From assembly GCA_963790475.1 (NCBI GenBank), contig CAWBOS010000001.1:128001-192000 (forward strand): 64,000 bases of DNA, given 5' to 3'. The translations under genes and the position numbers were made by a program. This DNA is from an uncultured delta proteobacterium (GTDB lineage: Bacteria; Desulfobacterota; RBG-13-43-22). The notes under the pieces were generated by a model. That model did not search any database. It saw nothing but the letters and a program-made list of their open reading frames with translations, and was not told the DNA's origin. Positions 52,369 through 63,147 of this stretch are shown piece by piece (within the stretch, counting starts at the first letter, position 1; every line of letters begins with the position of its first letter).

Positions 52369-54756
52369 ATGGGAACACAACCTGCACTCCGTCAACCCCT
52401 GACGCAGTCCCGCGTCGAAAGGCTCCGCTGGAAGATCATCGAGGCGCCCCAGGAAGTCTGCATCGAGCGCGCCCGATACCTCACCGAATCGATGAGCCTC
52501 CACTGGGACAAGCATCCACTGACTCGGATGAGTCTGGCCTTCGAGCACATCCTGAAAAATATCAGTGTCATTATCCGCGATGACGAGCTCATTGTCGGGT
52601 GCCGCACCTCCAAGCTCAAGGGCGCCCCCCTGTTTCCGGAAAACAAGTCGTTGTGGATTGAGGGAGACCTGGAAAATTTCGATAAACGGGTATTGCAAAG
52701 GGCAATGATCTCGCAGGAAGAAAAAGAAGAACTGGCCGACGACAATTCTTCCCTTCTGGAAAGGGAAAACCGTGGAAGACCGGTTGCAAAAGCTCATGCC
52801 GGAAGATGTGCTGACTGACATGGACAAGTACATCTTCACCATGATGCTCGAGATCACCTACGGGATCGGCCATTTTACCATGGACCACCCGCGGATCCTG
52901 GCCCGCGGTCTTCGCGGCGTCATAGACGATGTCCGAACAAAAGTCGGCGGGGCTCTCCCCGGAAGAGAAGGCCGGTGAAAAGGGGCTCTTTTATGATGCG
53001 GTGATTCGCAGTTGCCGGGCGGCTATCTCTTTTGCGAAGCGCTACAGCGAGCTGGCGCTGGCCATGGCCGCGGCGGAGCGCGACCCCGAGCGGGCGGCGG
53101 AACTCCGGGAAATCGCCCGTGTATGCGGTCGTGTTCCCGAATACCCGGCTGAAACACTCCATGAAGCCATCCAGAGCCTCTACTTTATACACCTGCTGGC
53201 CCAAATTGAATCGGGCGGAAACTCCATATCACTGGGTCGAATCGACCAGATCCTATTCCCTTATTACCGGAAGGATTGGGAAGCCAAACGGGGATCCCCG
53301 GAAAAGGCCCGGGAACTCGTGGCCATGCTCTTTATCAAGACCAACGAGATCTGGAACGTCCTGGAAGAGGCCTTCATCCCCGGCGGAGAGGGCACTGAGG
53401 GCAAGACGACTCAGAATGTCACCGTGGGCGGTGTGGGGTCCGACGGTCGAGACGCGACCAACGATATGAGCTATATCGCCCTGGATGCTTACGCCGACGT
53501 GAGAACCGTGCAGCCCAATTTCGGCGTTCGGGTCTCTCCCGATTGCCCGGAGGAACTGATGCGCCGGGCCGTCGAGTATGACCGCGACGGCGTGCTGATG
53601 CATTTTTTCAATGATGAAGTGATTATCCGGTCGCTGGTACAGGGAGGCCACGCGATTGAAGATGCCAGGGATTATGGTGTGGTGGGCTGTCTGGAGCCGA
53701 GTGCGCAGGGGAAGACTTTCGGGTCCACATTCGCGGTGCAGTTCAACGGCATCAAATGCGTCGAGCTGGCCCTGTCCAACGGGATTGATAATATCTTCGG
53801 GTACCCGAGCGGTATTGAATCGGGGGATCCGGCGGGATTCAAGAATTTCGAGGACCTCTGGAATGCCTATGACCGGCAGGTGCGCCATTTTATTAACCAG
53901 ATGGTTCGGGGAATGGATGTGCTGGACCGCGTGATCGCCGAAACCGTCCCCTCTCCCTTTGCCTCGGCGATGGTCGACGGCTGTCTGGAGAAGGGTGTGG
54001 ACCTGACCAGGGGCGGCGCAGTCTATAATTCCACAGGCGTGCAGCTTATGGGATTTGCCAATGTGGTGGACAGTCTATACGCCGTGAAAAAAGAAGTCTT
54101 CGAAGATAAGCGCTTTACCATGGCCGACCTGACCCAATGGCTGTCGGAGGACTGGCAGGATGCCGAGGACAAACGCGCCTATTTCCTGAACCGCGTTCCA
54201 AAATACGGGAACGACAATGACGATGTCGATGCCCATGGCCGCACGGGTGATGGATCACTTCTGCGACGTCCTGTCGAAATACCGGAACTTCCGGGGAGGG
54301 GCCTTCTGGCCGGGCATCTTCTCTGTTGGTTTCCATATCACCATGGGGGCTTTTACCGGCGCCACACCTGACGGCCGCTTCTCAGGAGACGTACTCGGAA
54401 ACGGCATCACGCCGACGACGGGAAACGCCGTATCCGGTCCGACGGCGATCATGAATTCCGTAGTGAAGCTTCCGGTGGCCCGGGTATTTAACGGCGCCAA
54501 TCTGAATATGCGATTTCAGGGAAAGAAGATCAGCACGGAAAACCTCACGGCTCTCATCAAGACCTATTTCCGTGGCGGCGGTACGCAGGTGCAGTTCAAT
54601 ATGGTCGATTCGGCAACCCTCAGGGAGGCCCAGATGCATCCGGAGAAGCACCGTGATCTGTTCGTCCGGGTCAGCGGTTATTCAGCCGAATTCATCGGCT
54701 TGAGCGAGATAGCCCAGGATGAGATTATAAGCAGGACCGAGTTTGAGATGAATTGA
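52369..54756 (+). CDS. Glycyl radical enzyme (PFL-like family), three +1 frameshifts (~52744, ~52940, ~54233)
   Basis: CIERAR, SLGRIDQ, QNVTVGG, VQPN, VVGCLEP, KYGND, GATPDGR, QFN, VRVSGYS across four ORF pieces. Confidence 0.92.
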
Positions 54757-54811
54757 CATGTTGCTGAAAAAATATTGAGTTTTTGCTCAAACTATCTAAG
54801 GGAGGACGGGA

Positions 54812-55252
54812 ATGAGTATATACTACAAAGACGCCGAGGATCTTTACAAGATATACGGATACTTTTTGGACCGGGTCTTACGGGACGACAAGATCGGGGC
54901 GAAAATGAGCAAGGCCGGCATCATTATAAAATTCAGGTACACGGACCCGGAGGCGGAGATCACCATTGACCTGAAAAATCCGCCGACCAAACAAGGATAC
55001 TACGGCACCTATTATCTGGGGGCCTCCGATCTCAAAGAGGATGTCTGGTCCAGGCAGACGGCCGACTTTTCACACCGGTTCTGGCACGGCCGCGAAAACC
55101 CGATCGCCGGCGTCGCCAGGGGGAAAATCAAGCAGGGCGGGAAGGTGACCGCCATGCTGAAACTTTTACCGGTGATCAAGCCGGCCTTTCAGCTCTTTCC
55201 GGTGGCCCTGCGGGAACTGGGCCTCGACCACCTGATTGTTTCAGAAAAATGA
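54812..55252 (+). CDS. SCP2 sterol-binding domain protein
   Basis: FRYTDPEAEITID...ADFSHRFWHG..NPIAGVARGKIKQGG...LKLLP. Confidence 0.8.
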   Translation: MSIYYKDAEDLYKIYGYFLDRVLRDDKIGAKMSKAGIIIKFRYTDPEAEITIDLKNPPTKQGYYGTYYLGASDLKEDVWSRQTADFSHRFWHGRENPIAGVARGKIKQGGKVTAMLKLLPVIKPAFQLFPVALRELGLDHLIVSEK

Positions 55253-55300
55253 CCTGGTATGTGTTGCTTCTTTTCGCCTGAGATGATCTGATAGGAGAAG

Positions 55301-56869
55301 TTGATGGAAACCAAATACACCTTTGAAGAAAAGAAGATAAGTGGAAACACGATAAGGGCCTATGCCAACCGACCGCAAACGATTCATGAAATGTTCAGCA
55401 AGACCCTACAAACTTACCCCAACCGTGAAGCCGTTAAGTTCGGCGAAATCTCTTTAACCTATACCGAATTGAATCAAAGATTGGATGAATCAGCCTCGTT
55501 TCTCAAAAATGAATTCAATGTGGGGAAAGGGGACCGGGTGGCGGTCTTCCTGAAGAATGACGATGTTTTTCCCATAGCCTTTCTGGCCCTATCGAAGCTT
55601 GGCGCCATCTCGGTCGTCCTGAATACCAGGCTGACCAAGCCGGAATTGGCCTATCAACTGGAGCTGACCAAGCCGGTTGCTGCTGTCGTCGACGACGAAA
55701 CATGGGATAAGGGTTTGGACAACCTGATGAAATTTAAAGTGGAGAGCAGTTCTTTGAGGCGGATATGGGGTAAAGGGGGCACCTGCCCTCCTGCCGCCGG
55801 AAGCGAAGATGATGTCCACACGATTCTTTTCACTTCAGGTACGACGGGGAAACCGAAGGGGGTAAGAATCGTTCACCGCAACTTCATCCATAGCGCCATA
55901 AGGCTTGAACAATACATGGAGATGCTGGGTGCGACCCGTCCTGGGGAGGCGTGCAAAACATTGGTCGTCGCCCCCCTGTTCCACGTGATGGCGCTTCAGG
56001 AGCAATTCCTGCCCAGTATGAAGATGGGGAATACGGTGGTGATGCTCAGCGCCCTTAACATCCAGGCCTTCCTTGAGCTGGTTGAAAAAGAACGGATTGA
56101 TTTCCTGGTCGGATCGCCGGCCATATACCGAATATTGCTGGGATCGGAAGACGTTAAAAAGTATGACTTGAGCTCCATCAAAATTGCCGGCTTTGGCGCA
56201 GCACCCATGTCGCCGGATCTGATGGCGGAAATGAAAAAAGCCTTTGTCAATGCCAAATTCTTCAATGGCTTTGGTCTCACGGAAGCCTCTATATCGCTGG
56301 CTGCCCTGGACCTCGAATGCACGGAAAAGCCCACCTCGATAGGACACCCCAGTCTCGGTTGCGAAGCCAGGATAGTGGATGAAAATATGAGTGAGGCGCC
56401 GAGAGGTGCTGTGGGAGAAATAGCCGTTAAGGGACCCAATGTGGCCGACGGTTATTACCATAATCCGGAGGAAACGGACAAAGTCTTCAGGGAGGGATGG
56501 TTTCTGACGGGCGATTTGGGAAAGATAGACGATGAAGGGTTCTTTTATGTGGTCAGCAGAAAAAAAGATATGATCAATCGCGGCGGGGAGAATGTCTATC
56601 CGGTTGAGGTCGAAAACATCCTCTATCTTCACCCTAAAGTGCTTGAAGTGGCGGTGGTTGGCCTACCGGATAAGGTTATGGGGGAAAAAGTGGCGGCAGC
56701 CATCGTCGCCGTTCCCGGGACAACGCCCACCATTGAGGAGATAAAGGAATACTGCAGCGATAAACTGGCCAAATACAAAATTCCCGAACATATCAGCTTT
56801 GTCGCCTCCCTGCCCAAGAATGCCGGGGGGAAAGTGATAAAGGCGCAACTATTGAAGAATGTTTTTTAA
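55301..56869 (+). CDS. Class I adenylate-forming acyl-CoA synthetase
   Basis: FTSGTTGKPKG, GFGLTE, TGD, RKKDMINRGGENVYPVEVE, PKNAGGK. Confidence 0.93.
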   Translation: MMETKYTFEEKKISGNTIRAYANRPQTIHEMFSKTLQTYPNREAVKFGEISLTYTELNQRLDESASFLKNEFNVGKGDRVAVFLKNDDVFPIAFLALSKLGAISVVLNTRLTKPELAYQLELTKPVAAVVDDETWDKGLDNLMKFKVESSSLRRIWGKGGTCPPAAGSEDDVHTILFTSGTTGKPKGVRIVHRNFIHSAIRLEQYMEMLGATRPGEACKTLVVAPLFHVMALQEQFLPSMKMGNTVVMLSALNIQAFLELVEKERIDFLVGSPAIYRILLGSEDVKKYDLSSIKIAGFGAAPMSPDLMAEMKKAFVNAKFFNGFGLTEASISLAALDLECTEKPTSIGHPSLGCEARIVDENMSEAPRGAVGEIAVKGPNVADGYYHNPEETDKVFREGWFLTGDLGKIDDEGFFYVVSRKKDMINRGGENVYPVEVENILYLHPKVLEVAVVGLPDKVMGEKVAAAIVAVPGTTPTIEEIKEYCSDKLAKYKIPEHISFVASLPKNAGGKVIKAQLLKNVF

Positions 56870-57074
56870 GGGTCGATCTTAAACCATGACAATTTAAATT
56901 ATTTAATCCGGGGGTTGGTTGGATTGATTTATCACGAACCGTATAGACCCCCGATTCTTGCCTGAATGGAAAAAGGATCACCATCTACTCCCTTGCCTTC
57001 ACCCCCCAGTTTAATCGCCCCTTCTTTTCTCCTTGCCCCGGTCTTTTTCTTGCCTTATACTCTTCCCATCAAAA
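56870..57074 (+). repeat. Repeat family A copy 6 (internal deletion) with promoter TTGCCC(57033)-17-TATACT(57056)
   Basis: GGGTCGATCTTAAACCATGACAATTTAAATTATTTAATCCGGGG begins immediately after the TAA stop. Confidence 0.92.
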
Positions 57075-57317
57075 TAAAAATTCCTATGAAGAAAAAAGGG
57101 AAGAAGGTCTAATTTTCAATATGAGATTACGAAATAATGATAAATCAAATGAGTATGTACGATTCCTCTGAAGTAAGCCCTCCTGAAAGCGTAAAATGAA
57201 AAAGATGGACCGCACTAATAAAATGCGCCGGAAGGCCGCTGATCTCAAATTGTCGGTTTCCAAATGGACTGTGGCCAGGAAAACTCCAAACCTGTGGCCC
57301 AGGGTCGAAGGGACCGA

Positions 57318-58493
57318 ATGAACAAAATCAGAAAAATGCTTTGGAATCTGATCACCAGTGGTCTGCCGGGCAGCGAAAATATCGAGGTGCTTCGTAAGGT
57401 GGTCCTGCAGAACCTCATGTTCCTGTTGGCAGCCCCTAGCCTCATCCTTTTTATCTTTATCGCCTATGCGAAAGGGGAAATTCTGCTGGTGGCAATCGAC
57501 TCGACGGCCGTGACATTTTTGATCGCCTTGTTCGTCGGCCTGCGAAAGACCGGCAACTATAGGAGGACCGGAGCGCTCGGAACAACGGCCGCCGGCCTTT
57601 TGTTTACTTTCCAAATCGCCGACGGCGGCGTGGGCCATACCGTTTTGATCTGGTCTTTGATCTATCCCTTGGTTGCCCTCTTTCTGCTAGGCCTTAAGCG
57701 AGGGGGCCAAATGTCCTTGTTGCTTCTGGGGTTGGCAATCGCGATTATCATCCTCGGGAAAGAGGTCTCCTGGTTGGCGGTTTACCCGACAGATCTTATC
57801 GTTCGTTACCTGGCGGTCTATATCCTCATCTTTTTCTTCTCATTTGCGATGGAAAAGGTTCATTCCCAGGTCCGGGGCCGGATGGAAACATCAAACCTGG
57901 ATCTTCAGGGTGCACTGGCCAAAGTCCGGGAAGGAGCCTCGGCATTGGCCGAAGCCAATCGGGAGCTGCGGGTGGAGATCACCGAACGCAAGCGGGCCGA
58001 GGAAGCCCTCAAGACCTTGTCCCTTAAGGATGATCTAACCGGCCTCTATAACCGTCGGGGGTTTTTTACTTTGGCCGAACAGGGCTTGAAATCGGCTCAA
58101 AGGATGGGAACAGAAATGTTGCTCGTTTTTGGAGACCTGGATAATTTGAAAGGAATTAATGATACCTTCGGCCATAAAGAAGGGGACCAAGCCTTGGTGG
58201 ATATTTCACAGATACTTAGGGAATCCTTTCGGGAGTCGGATATCATCGCCCGCAATGGGGGGGATGAATTTGTCGTTCTGGCCATGAAAAGCTCTGAGAC
58301 CTCCCCGGAGAAACTGATCAACCGCTTCGAGCAGGTTTTAAATAACCATCATCTCCAGACAGAGCGCTCCCATAAACTCTCCATGACCTTTGGTATTGCC
58401 TGTTTTGATCCCCGAAATCCATGTTCCATCGATACCCTGCTTGCACAGGCAGACAAATTGATGTATGAGGATAAGCAAAAAAAGGGTAGATAG
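57318..58493 (+). CDS. Membrane-anchored diguanylate cyclase
   Basis: 5-6 TM helices, DDLTGLYNRR, RESD, GGDEF. Confidence 0.92.
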   Translation: MNKIRKMLWNLITSGLPGSENIEVLRKVVLQNLMFLLAAPSLILFIFIAYAKGEILLVAIDSTAVTFLIALFVGLRKTGNYRRTGALGTTAAGLLFTFQIADGGVGHTVLIWSLIYPLVALFLLGLKRGGQMSLLLLGLAIAIIILGKEVSWLAVYPTDLIVRYLAVYILIFFFSFAMEKVHSQVRGRMETSNLDLQGALAKVREGASALAEANRELRVEITERKRAEEALKTLSLKDDLTGLYNRRGFFTLAEQGLKSAQRMGTEMLLVFGDLDNLKGINDTFGHKEGDQALVDISQILRESFRESDIIARNGGDEFVVLAMKSSETSPEKLINRFEQVLNNHHLQTERSHKLSMTFGIACFDPRNPCSIDTLLAQADKLMYEDKQKKGR

Positions 58494-58546
58494 GCTCAGA
58501 TTTTTTGCCTCCTCTTTTTCTTATGCGCATTTCTAACTGAGCGGAT

Positions 58547-58724
58547 CGGGGGCGAATCTTAAACCATGATTAGTTGAATTATATAATCCGGGGTGTTGTT
58601 AAATTGGTATGTTTCTAACTTATAGACCCCCAAAGCGCCGGCAGGCCAGACGACGGGCGGGCCCAAGAAGGTCTTTCGATTCCTGAATGTAAAAATGGAA
58701 ACCGGCGCCTATTTTCCCTTGACC
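58547..58724 (+). repeat. Repeat family A copy 7 (divergent; -35 TTGACC kept, -10 lost)
   Basis: GGGGGCGAATCTTAAACCATGATTAGTTGAATTATATAATCCGGGG...AAGAAGGTCTTTCGATTCCTG. Confidence 0.85.
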
Positions 58725-58803
58725 AAGCATGGAGGGGCCTAAATGACTTCAGATAGGGCAAAGCCCGTGCACGTCGTTCCAAGACTAGGAGAAAAATAGG
58801 TCT

Positions 58804-59394
58804 GTGACCAGAGAGACCGAGCCATTGCGCCGCGATGCGCTGCGAGTGACAGAAGAAGGGAAACCGGCACTTCTTCTCCGGACTATTTTGGGCTCAATGG
58901 AGGTAACTGTCCTTATGCTGGACGGGAAAACGATCCGGTTTGAGACCGTGAAGGAAATTTCATTGCGACATCCTATGACCGTCCCTTCTTTTAACCAACG
59001 AAAAGTTCTTAATTTGTTTCTCGACCTCTCACTCCAGAAAGGTTATCTCTTTCACCCCGACCAGGAATTAACCTATGGCCGGCCAACAGAGGAGGGACCC
59101 CCTCGATGCACCTTCGACCATTCTGAACTTTCGCTGGAGAAGGGTTCGTTAGGCTGTTCAAAATGTCGAGCTTACGTTTGTCAATGCGGAAGATGTCTTT
59201 GCGGTCATTCGGGGATGAACTACCTCGGGCAGGCCTTTAGCCGTCCTCCTCTTCCTATCCTCCGGGAAGAAAGACTGGAGTATATTCGGGTGGTGAGGTT
59301 TTGCGATTTAAACATCCAGCCAGTCATTCCAGCCAAAAAAACAAAACTCCTGTATTTAGTTAAGGCCCAAAGATCTTTGAGACGGTCTGTTTAA
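58804..59394 (+). CDS. Hypothetical Cys-rich (zinc-binding) protein
   Basis: C..H, CSKC, CQCGRCLC. Confidence 0.55.
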   Translation: MTRETEPLRRDALRVTEEGKPALLLRTILGSMEVTVLMLDGKTIRFETVKEISLRHPMTVPSFNQRKVLNLFLDLSLQKGYLFHPDQELTYGRPTEEGPPRCTFDHSELSLEKGSLGCSKCRAYVCQCGRCLCGHSGMNYLGQAFSRPPLPILREERLEYIRVVRFCDLNIQPVIPAKKTKLLYLVKAQRSLRRSV

Positions 59395-59577
59395 GGACAC
59401 AGTCGTTACCCTCGGACGATTCTGGATCAGGTATTAAGGTGGATCCGGAAAAGTCTTATGTTGACAACTACGAAGAGGCCTGGTTATGGTGACCCAGGTC
59501 GGCAATGATTTTCGGAAAATAATATATATTCCAACCTTAACCTTGTACCTTAGCCCTTCAGATTAGGAGGAGGGACC

Positions 59578-61977
59578 GTGAAAAACCAAATATCAGATGA
59601 GATGCGCGTAAACTCGCCTTTGGGCCGGCGTTTACCGGATTCTTCCGGAGCGCCGGTGGGGGTGGTCAGGCTTGATCCGGAAAAGTCTTATGTCGGGATC
59701 GGGGAACTGCTGAGACAGGTCATCGATGAATCCAGTCAGGAGGCCTGGGATAAGATCAAGGCCAAGATTGATTACACCTATGAAGGCCTGGACTTTGCCC
59801 TGGCCCCTTTGAATGAAGAAACAGGGTTTGAAAAAGAAATCAAAGATCGACTGAGCAAGGGACAGAAACTCCTTTTTAAACCCAACTTAGTCAGTACTTC
59901 CAACATCGATCCTCAAACCCATGGTCGCGGCCTGGGGAACACGGCCTGCACCGAATGGCCTTTCATCGCCGCCCTGATGCGCTGGTTTCATGACCGAAGG
60001 GGGGTTCGCTATCATCAAATGGCCATCGGAGAAGCGGCCACGGTCATGGCCGCCTTGGCCGGGTATTTCTCCATGATTAATCCGGAAGGAAAAACAATCA
60101 CCACCGAAGCCGTCATCGAGGGCCGGTCCGGCAGTTTTTATGGAGGTTGGGGGTTTTATTTTGCCCGGAAATATCTGGCCGGGTGTCCCCGGTCTGATCC
60201 GAAAGATGATCCGATGCTGGGCCATGAGAGCAGTACGGCCGGATTATACACCCCACCGGGATATGTGGACCAGGAGCTGATGACTATCGACCTGAACCGG
60301 ATCTCCGACGATGCCGCCAAAGGCCGTGAAATTCCAGTGCCCGGAGGCGTCAACTTCAATGCTATTACCCTTCACAAGGCTATAATCGGGGGTGATCCGG
60401 CTGACCCCCGGGACCGGAAGGCCTACCCGGGATGTATTCTGGTCAATGTGCCCAAACTGAAGGTCCATACTAATTCCCTCTTCACCAATATCATCAAGAA
60501 CCTGGGCATCGGTCTCTATCCCATGCAGTTTTCGAGAGGCGGCGATTGCTGCTGGGAGTACGCTAATCCCCATCATCCGATCCCCGGGATGAAAGGGGGC
60601 ATTCCCCATGAAGTCTGGGTCCCGGAAATGAATTTGGAGACTTGTCTCCCCCAATTGGATCAATCCGGAAAATTGAGCTTGAGAAAGACCGGAGGCCTTA
60701 CCGGGACCATGGTCGATATCGTTAAAGCCGTACAAAACCAGGATATCTTCATGATCCATATCGTCGATGCCATCGAAGCGACCAACCTGGACCATACCGG
60801 TACGGACATGGCCAGGAAAGAACCGGAAGGTCTGGTTATTGCCGGTCTGGACCCGGTGGCCGCGGATCTGTTTTCGGCCAGATATATTTTCAGCAATGTA
60901 CCGCTGGAAGAGGCCATAAAGGTCCCCATAGATGACGGAGCCGGCGGCCGTTTTCCCCAAGCTGTACCCCTGCCGTCTGTAGAGGGAACCAACATCATCA
61001 CCGGAAAGGATTATGATTGTCCGTTAGCCCGTGAGGACTGCTTTGAGCAAGCCGAGGTGCGGGGATTGGGAAAGAGAGCTTACCATGTGGTAGGCCGGGA
61101 TACGGTTACCGACAGCCCGCTGATTTCCCTTGACGGGCACTTTGGTATGGTGAAAGACGGGGCTTTTGCAGATGTTATTACCAAGGCCCTCTATTTCGAT
61201 ATCTTTAAGTTTCCCTGGGATCTTCAAAAAACCGCCTTTGGTTATTTGTCGGCCGTCGATCAGTTGACCGGCTCGTCACTGAAAAAGACCTTTCTAAAGG
61301 CCTTCGACGAGAACGGCGACGGGGTGGTCAGCTACTGGGAAAAGGGCCAAAAAGGGGTGGGGTCCATTGCCCTTTACATGGGGGGGTATTCGACTTCCTG
61401 CCTGGGCGCTGAACCTTTAGGCTTTATCTCCGGACGGGTTAAAACCCAAATGAAGAGGCTCAAACTCGTTGATCCCCAGAGAAACAGCCATGGGTATGAT
61501 TTTCTCAGGGAATTTTCCTTCGGCGGGGTCTGTCTGGCGGCTTTCAGGATGTCACAGATTGAAATGGAGAGACCGGACCCCTTTGTTCCCGAACTGACCT
61601 TTGGTAAAGGAAAGTGGCCCAGCTTCCAGACGGCCAAGTTTTTTTCTTTGGGCATGGCGCTTTACGGTCAAGGCTTTCCTTTCCAAACCGGGTTTCCCAG
61701 CCTCTATGGTGCGGCCGTCTATTATGCGGATTTGACCCAGAGAGAAGGCAAATATTTGGGCGGCTCCGGGCGGTTGCCCGATCCCGAAAAACTAAGACAA
61801 TACGTGGCCACTGTTCAAAAGGGACAGGATCAGCCTATGGATTTCATTTTTTATGTCCCCCCCGGTTATGAAAGTCTCGGAGGAGCACCCCTGCCGAATG
61901 TGGAGGCAACGGAAGACCCGGCCAGGATTTTGACCGTATCTTTCCGGGGCGGTCAAGAGATTTGGGGAGACGTTTAA
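59578..61977 (+). CDS. Large DUF362 domain protein
   Basis: LFKPNLV, IGEA, VNVPKLKVH, IKNLGIG, IVDAI, DPVAAD. Confidence 0.85.
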   Translation: MKNQISDEMRVNSPLGRRLPDSSGAPVGVVRLDPEKSYVGIGELLRQVIDESSQEAWDKIKAKIDYTYEGLDFALAPLNEETGFEKEIKDRLSKGQKLLFKPNLVSTSNIDPQTHGRGLGNTACTEWPFIAALMRWFHDRRGVRYHQMAIGEAATVMAALAGYFSMINPEGKTITTEAVIEGRSGSFYGGWGFYFARKYLAGCPRSDPKDDPMLGHESSTAGLYTPPGYVDQELMTIDLNRISDDAAKGREIPVPGGVNFNAITLHKAIIGGDPADPRDRKAYPGCILVNVPKLKVHTNSLFTNIIKNLGIGLYPMQFSRGGDCCWEYANPHHPIPGMKGGIPHEVWVPEMNLETCLPQLDQSGKLSLRKTGGLTGTMVDIVKAVQNQDIFMIHIVDAIEATNLDHTGTDMARKEPEGLVIAGLDPVAADLFSARYIFSNVPLEEAIKVPIDDGAGGRFPQAVPLPSVEGTNIITGKDYDCPLAREDCFEQAEVRGLGKRAYHVVGRDTVTDSPLISLDGHFGMVKDGAFADVITKALYFDIFKFPWDLQKTAFGYLSAVDQLTGSSLKKTFLKAFDENGDGVVSYWEKGQKGVGSIALYMGGYSTSCLGAEPLGFISGRVKTQMKRLKLVDPQRNSHGYDFLREFSFGGVCLAAFRMSQIEMERPDPFVPELTFGKGKWPSFQTAKFFSLGMALYGQGFPFQTGFPSLYGAAVYYADLTQREGKYLGGSGRLPDPEKLRQYVATVQKGQDQPMDFIFYVPPGYESLGGAPLPNVEATEDPARILTVSFRGGQEIWGDV

Positions 61978-62080
61978 ACGAGGCAAAAGTCAAAATGCCC
62001 CGGCAAGAGATAACCCTTTCGGTTCGTAAAATTTCCGGGCGTATGTTCCTATCAAATATTGAATTAAAGGAGATCGATAT

Positions 62081-63130
62081 ATGCAGTATAGAAGGTTAGG
62101 GAAGACAGGGCTTGAAATCTCGGTTATCGGGTTCGGATCAATAGCTGTCAGGGGCGCTGAGGCGGTAAGAGAGATGCTGGTTGAGGGAAAGAGGGTAGGT
62201 ATAAATTATGTTGATACGGCCCGCTCCTATGGCCGGAGCGAGGAGATGCTCGGCAAGGCCATGAAGGAACTCCGCCAGGATTTTTTTATTTGCAGCCGGA
62301 CCCAGAGCCGGGATTATGACCGCGCCCAAAAGGACCTGGCCACCAGCTTGGAGATGCTTCAGACAGACCATATAGATATCTATCAGATTCACCAGCTCAA
62401 CAACGAAGAGGACCTGGCCAGGGTCCTTCGTGATGACGGGGTGGCCCCCTTGCTGCAAAAGGCCAAGGAGGACGGCCGGATTCGATTCACCGGAGTCAGC
62501 AGTCATCATCTGGACGCGGCGGGCAAAGCGGTGGCCACGGGCCTGTTCGACACACTGGTTATCCCCTTCAGTCCGGTTGAATATTCGGCCAAACACCTTC
62601 AACTCCTTCAGATATGCAAAGACCTGGATGTGGGGGTCGTGGCCATGAAACCCTTATCAGGCGGGAATTTTGTCAATCGCGTAGCCGACACCTTGTCTTT
62701 TATCCTGCAGCATGATCTGGCTTCGGCCATTACCGGCACCGGCCAAATCGAGGAACTCCGGGAAAACGCGGCCGCCGGTTCCAATCTCCGCATATTGACC
62801 CTGGCTGATTTTGATTCTCTGATGGACGAAGCCTCCCTGCTCGGCCGGTCTTTCTGCCGGCGCTGCGGCTATTGCCTGCCCTGTGACGAGGAAATTCCGA
62901 TCCGCGACATCATGATGTCCGAGGCCTATATCCGGGGTAACGCAAACCTGGTGGCCATGTTTGGCGGGGCGGAGGGCCTGGGGAGATTCAAAGACGCGCT
63001 GGCGCGATGCACCAGTTGTGGTCAATGTGTGGAACGCTGCCCCTATGACCTCCCCATTCCTGATCTGATGCCCAGGAAGGTAATTTTTTTCGAGGAGGTA
63101 TTGGCTCAAGTCACTAAGGCGAAAAGCTAA
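62081..63130 (+). CDS. Aldo/keto reductase with a C-terminal 4Fe-4S dicluster
   Basis: YRRLGKTG, DTARSYG, AMKPLSGG, CRRCGYCLPC, CTSCGQCVERCP. Confidence 0.93.
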   Translation: MQYRRLGKTGLEISVIGFGSIAVRGAEAVREMLVEGKRVGINYVDTARSYGRSEEMLGKAMKELRQDFFICSRTQSRDYDRAQKDLATSLEMLQTDHIDIYQIHQLNNEEDLARVLRDDGVAPLLQKAKEDGRIRFTGVSSHHLDAAGKAVATGLFDTLVIPFSPVEYSAKHLQLLQICKDLDVGVVAMKPLSGGNFVNRVADTLSFILQHDLASAITGTGQIEELRENAAAGSNLRILTLADFDSLMDEASLLGRSFCRRCGYCLPCDEEIPIRDIMMSEAYIRGNANLVAMFGGAEGLGRFKDALARCTSCGQCVERCPYDLPIPDLMPRKVIFFEEVLAQVTKAKS

Positions 63131-63147
63131 TATTTAGAAGGATAGTT

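Noticed and set aside
52369-54756. Calling the GRE pyruvate formate-lyase, or invoking programmed frameshifting
   Set aside because: It has a single-Cys loop rather than Cys-Cys; the three shifts are simple +1 insertions without slippery-site context
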